A stretch of DNA of 64,000 nt from Candidatus Methylomirabilis sp. (GTDB taxonomy: Bacteria; DYJV01): positions 1,846-65,845 of the forward strand of contig DYJV01000003.1 in the NCBI GenBank assembly GCA_020722945.1. Reading direction: 5' to 3'. A program made the position numbers and the translations under genes. The notes under the pieces are model-generated. The model made no database searches. It was not told the DNA's origin and was given only the letters and a program-made list of their open reading frames with translations. Of the stretch, positions 62,766 to 64,000 are shown in pieces (positions within the stretch are counted from its first letter, which is position 1; the number at the start of each line of letters is the position of its first letter).

Positions 62766-63958
62766 AATTACTCTTTAATACCCTTAATTTTGATTATGTT
62801 CCTAAAAATGAGATATATTCAAGGATAAAATCTATCCAGAATATATTACAGGTAAAAAATTTAGATGTTCTTATTATAACTTCAAAAGTCAACAATTACT
62901 ATTTTACGGGGACAAATCAAGAACAGATACTAATTATCCCTGCCAATGACCCGCCTACCCTTTTTGTAAAGAGAGACCTCGAAAGAGCAAAGATTGAATC
63001 TCCACTTAATATTCGCAATTTTAAAGGGTTTAAAGATATATTGTCAGTAATAGGTAGCAATAAAAAAATTGGACTCGAATACAACTATCTGACAGTCAAA
63101 GAGTTCTTCAAACTTCAGGAGATATTTGGGAGTAACACTACTGATATCAGCAGAGATATAAGTTTATTAAGAGCAGTAAAATCTGAATGGGAGATTAAAA
63201 CCACCAAAAAAGCAGCGGCAATAGCCGAAACTACCTACACTGAAGCAGCAAATTATCTCAAATCAGGAATCAGAGAGATAGAGTTTGGCTCCATACTATT
63301 TTCAATAGCCCAAAAAAATGGACACGAGGGATTTTTAAGGAGTGCTTCTTCACATTTTGAACCTGTTTCTTGGCATATATTGAGCGGAATATCTGGGTGT
63401 ATCCATGGTCAATACGATGCACCAGCATCTGGACTTGGATTATCCCCTGCTTTTCCAAATAGTGCGAGCAACAAAAAGATAGAGCCAAACGAACCTATAA
63501 TGGTTGATTTTGGGATTTCATATATGGGGTATCAGGTTGATACAACAAGGATGTATTCTATCGGAGAGCCTGACGAAAAATTTTACCAAATTTTTCAAAA
63601 AGCAGAAAAACTACAAGAAGTAGCTTTGAGAGAGCTTACTCCGGGTAAACCTGTAAAAACTGCTTTCCAAAAAAGTATTGAAAAAGCAGAAGAGCTAAAT
63701 ATATTGGGAAATTTTCTTGGAATAGGTAAAAATAGGAAAAAGTTTATCGGTCACGGAATCGGGCTTGAAACCACTGAATATCCTATAATTGCAGAGAGCT
63801 TTGAAGATATTGTTCAAGAAAATATGTTGATAGCCATAGAACCAAAAATAGTTATCGAAAATTTTGGAATCATAGGTATAGAAAATACAAATTTAGTTAG
63901 TAGAGATTCTACCACATCTATTACAAATTTTCTCAATAACATCATAAAAGTAAGATAA
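62756..63958 (+). CDS. M24 Xaa-Pro peptidase family protein
   Basis: NYYFTGT, LRAVKSEWEI, metal ligands VDFG, VDTTR, GHGIG, IEPK, GIEN. Confidence 0.88.
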   Translation: MGLKLLFNTLNFDYVPKNEIYSRIKSIQNILQVKNLDVLIITSKVNNYYFTGTNQEQILIIPANDPPTLFVKRDLERAKIESPLNIRNFKGFKDILSVIGSNKKIGLEYNYLTVKEFFKLQEIFGSNTTDISRDISLLRAVKSEWEIKTTKKAAAIAETTYTEAANYLKSGIREIEFGSILFSIAQKNGHEGFLRSASSHFEPVSWHILSGISGCIHGQYDAPASGLGLSPAFPNSASNKKIEPNEPIMVDFGISYMGYQVDTTRMYSIGEPDEKFYQIFQKAEKLQEVALRELTPGKPVKTAFQKSIEKAEELNILGNFLGIGKNRKKFIGHGIGLETTEYPIIAESFEDIVQENMLIAIEPKIVIENFGIIGIENTNLVSRDSTTSITNFLNNIIKVR

Positions 63959-63967
63959 GGAGATGAA

Positions 63968-64000
63968 ATGTTATTTTCAAGAGATGATGTCCAAAGAGAA
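63968..64000 (+). CDS. Start of a CDS running off the window (MLFSRDDVQRE...)
   Basis: SD AAGGAG at ~63957, ATG 63968, frame open to the end. Confidence 0.5.
   Translation, partial: MLFSRDDVQRE

Overview
AT-rich (visually about 30% GC) bacterial chromosome segment, probably from an anaerobic diderm: it has a beta-barrel porin, KdsD, a multiheme cytochrome c and an HgdD-type dehydratase. The taxon cannot be fixed from this window. Bases 1-9.8 kb are the end of an accessory surface-glycan locus: a 1388-aa TPR/GT2/B12-radical-SAM/GT4 fusion, a methyltransferase, two CDP-sugar epimerase-like SDRs and a GT41-like protein, closed by an IS1634 relic. The rest is mostly housekeeping: ychF, serS, cobQ, trpS-tgt-queD-folE2-rng, rpsF-ssb-rpsR-DUF2232-rplI, queC, aspS, smpB, valS, kdsD, tsaD, rsmA, murA, yebC-ruvCAB-bioD. 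Main highlights: (i) a polyhydroxyalkanoate cluster at 22.9-29.1 kb (SDR, phaE, phaC, four tandem paralogous phasin-like genes, DUF3141 synthase-like protein) plus a distant phaB; (ii) an internally duplicated malic enzyme whose two halves have lost complementary catalytic motifs; (iii) the glycosyltransferase/radical-SAM megaprotein; (iv) an 11-12-heme cytochrome c. No rRNA, tRNA or CRISPR array was seen. All calls come from reading motifs by eye; no database searches were run.
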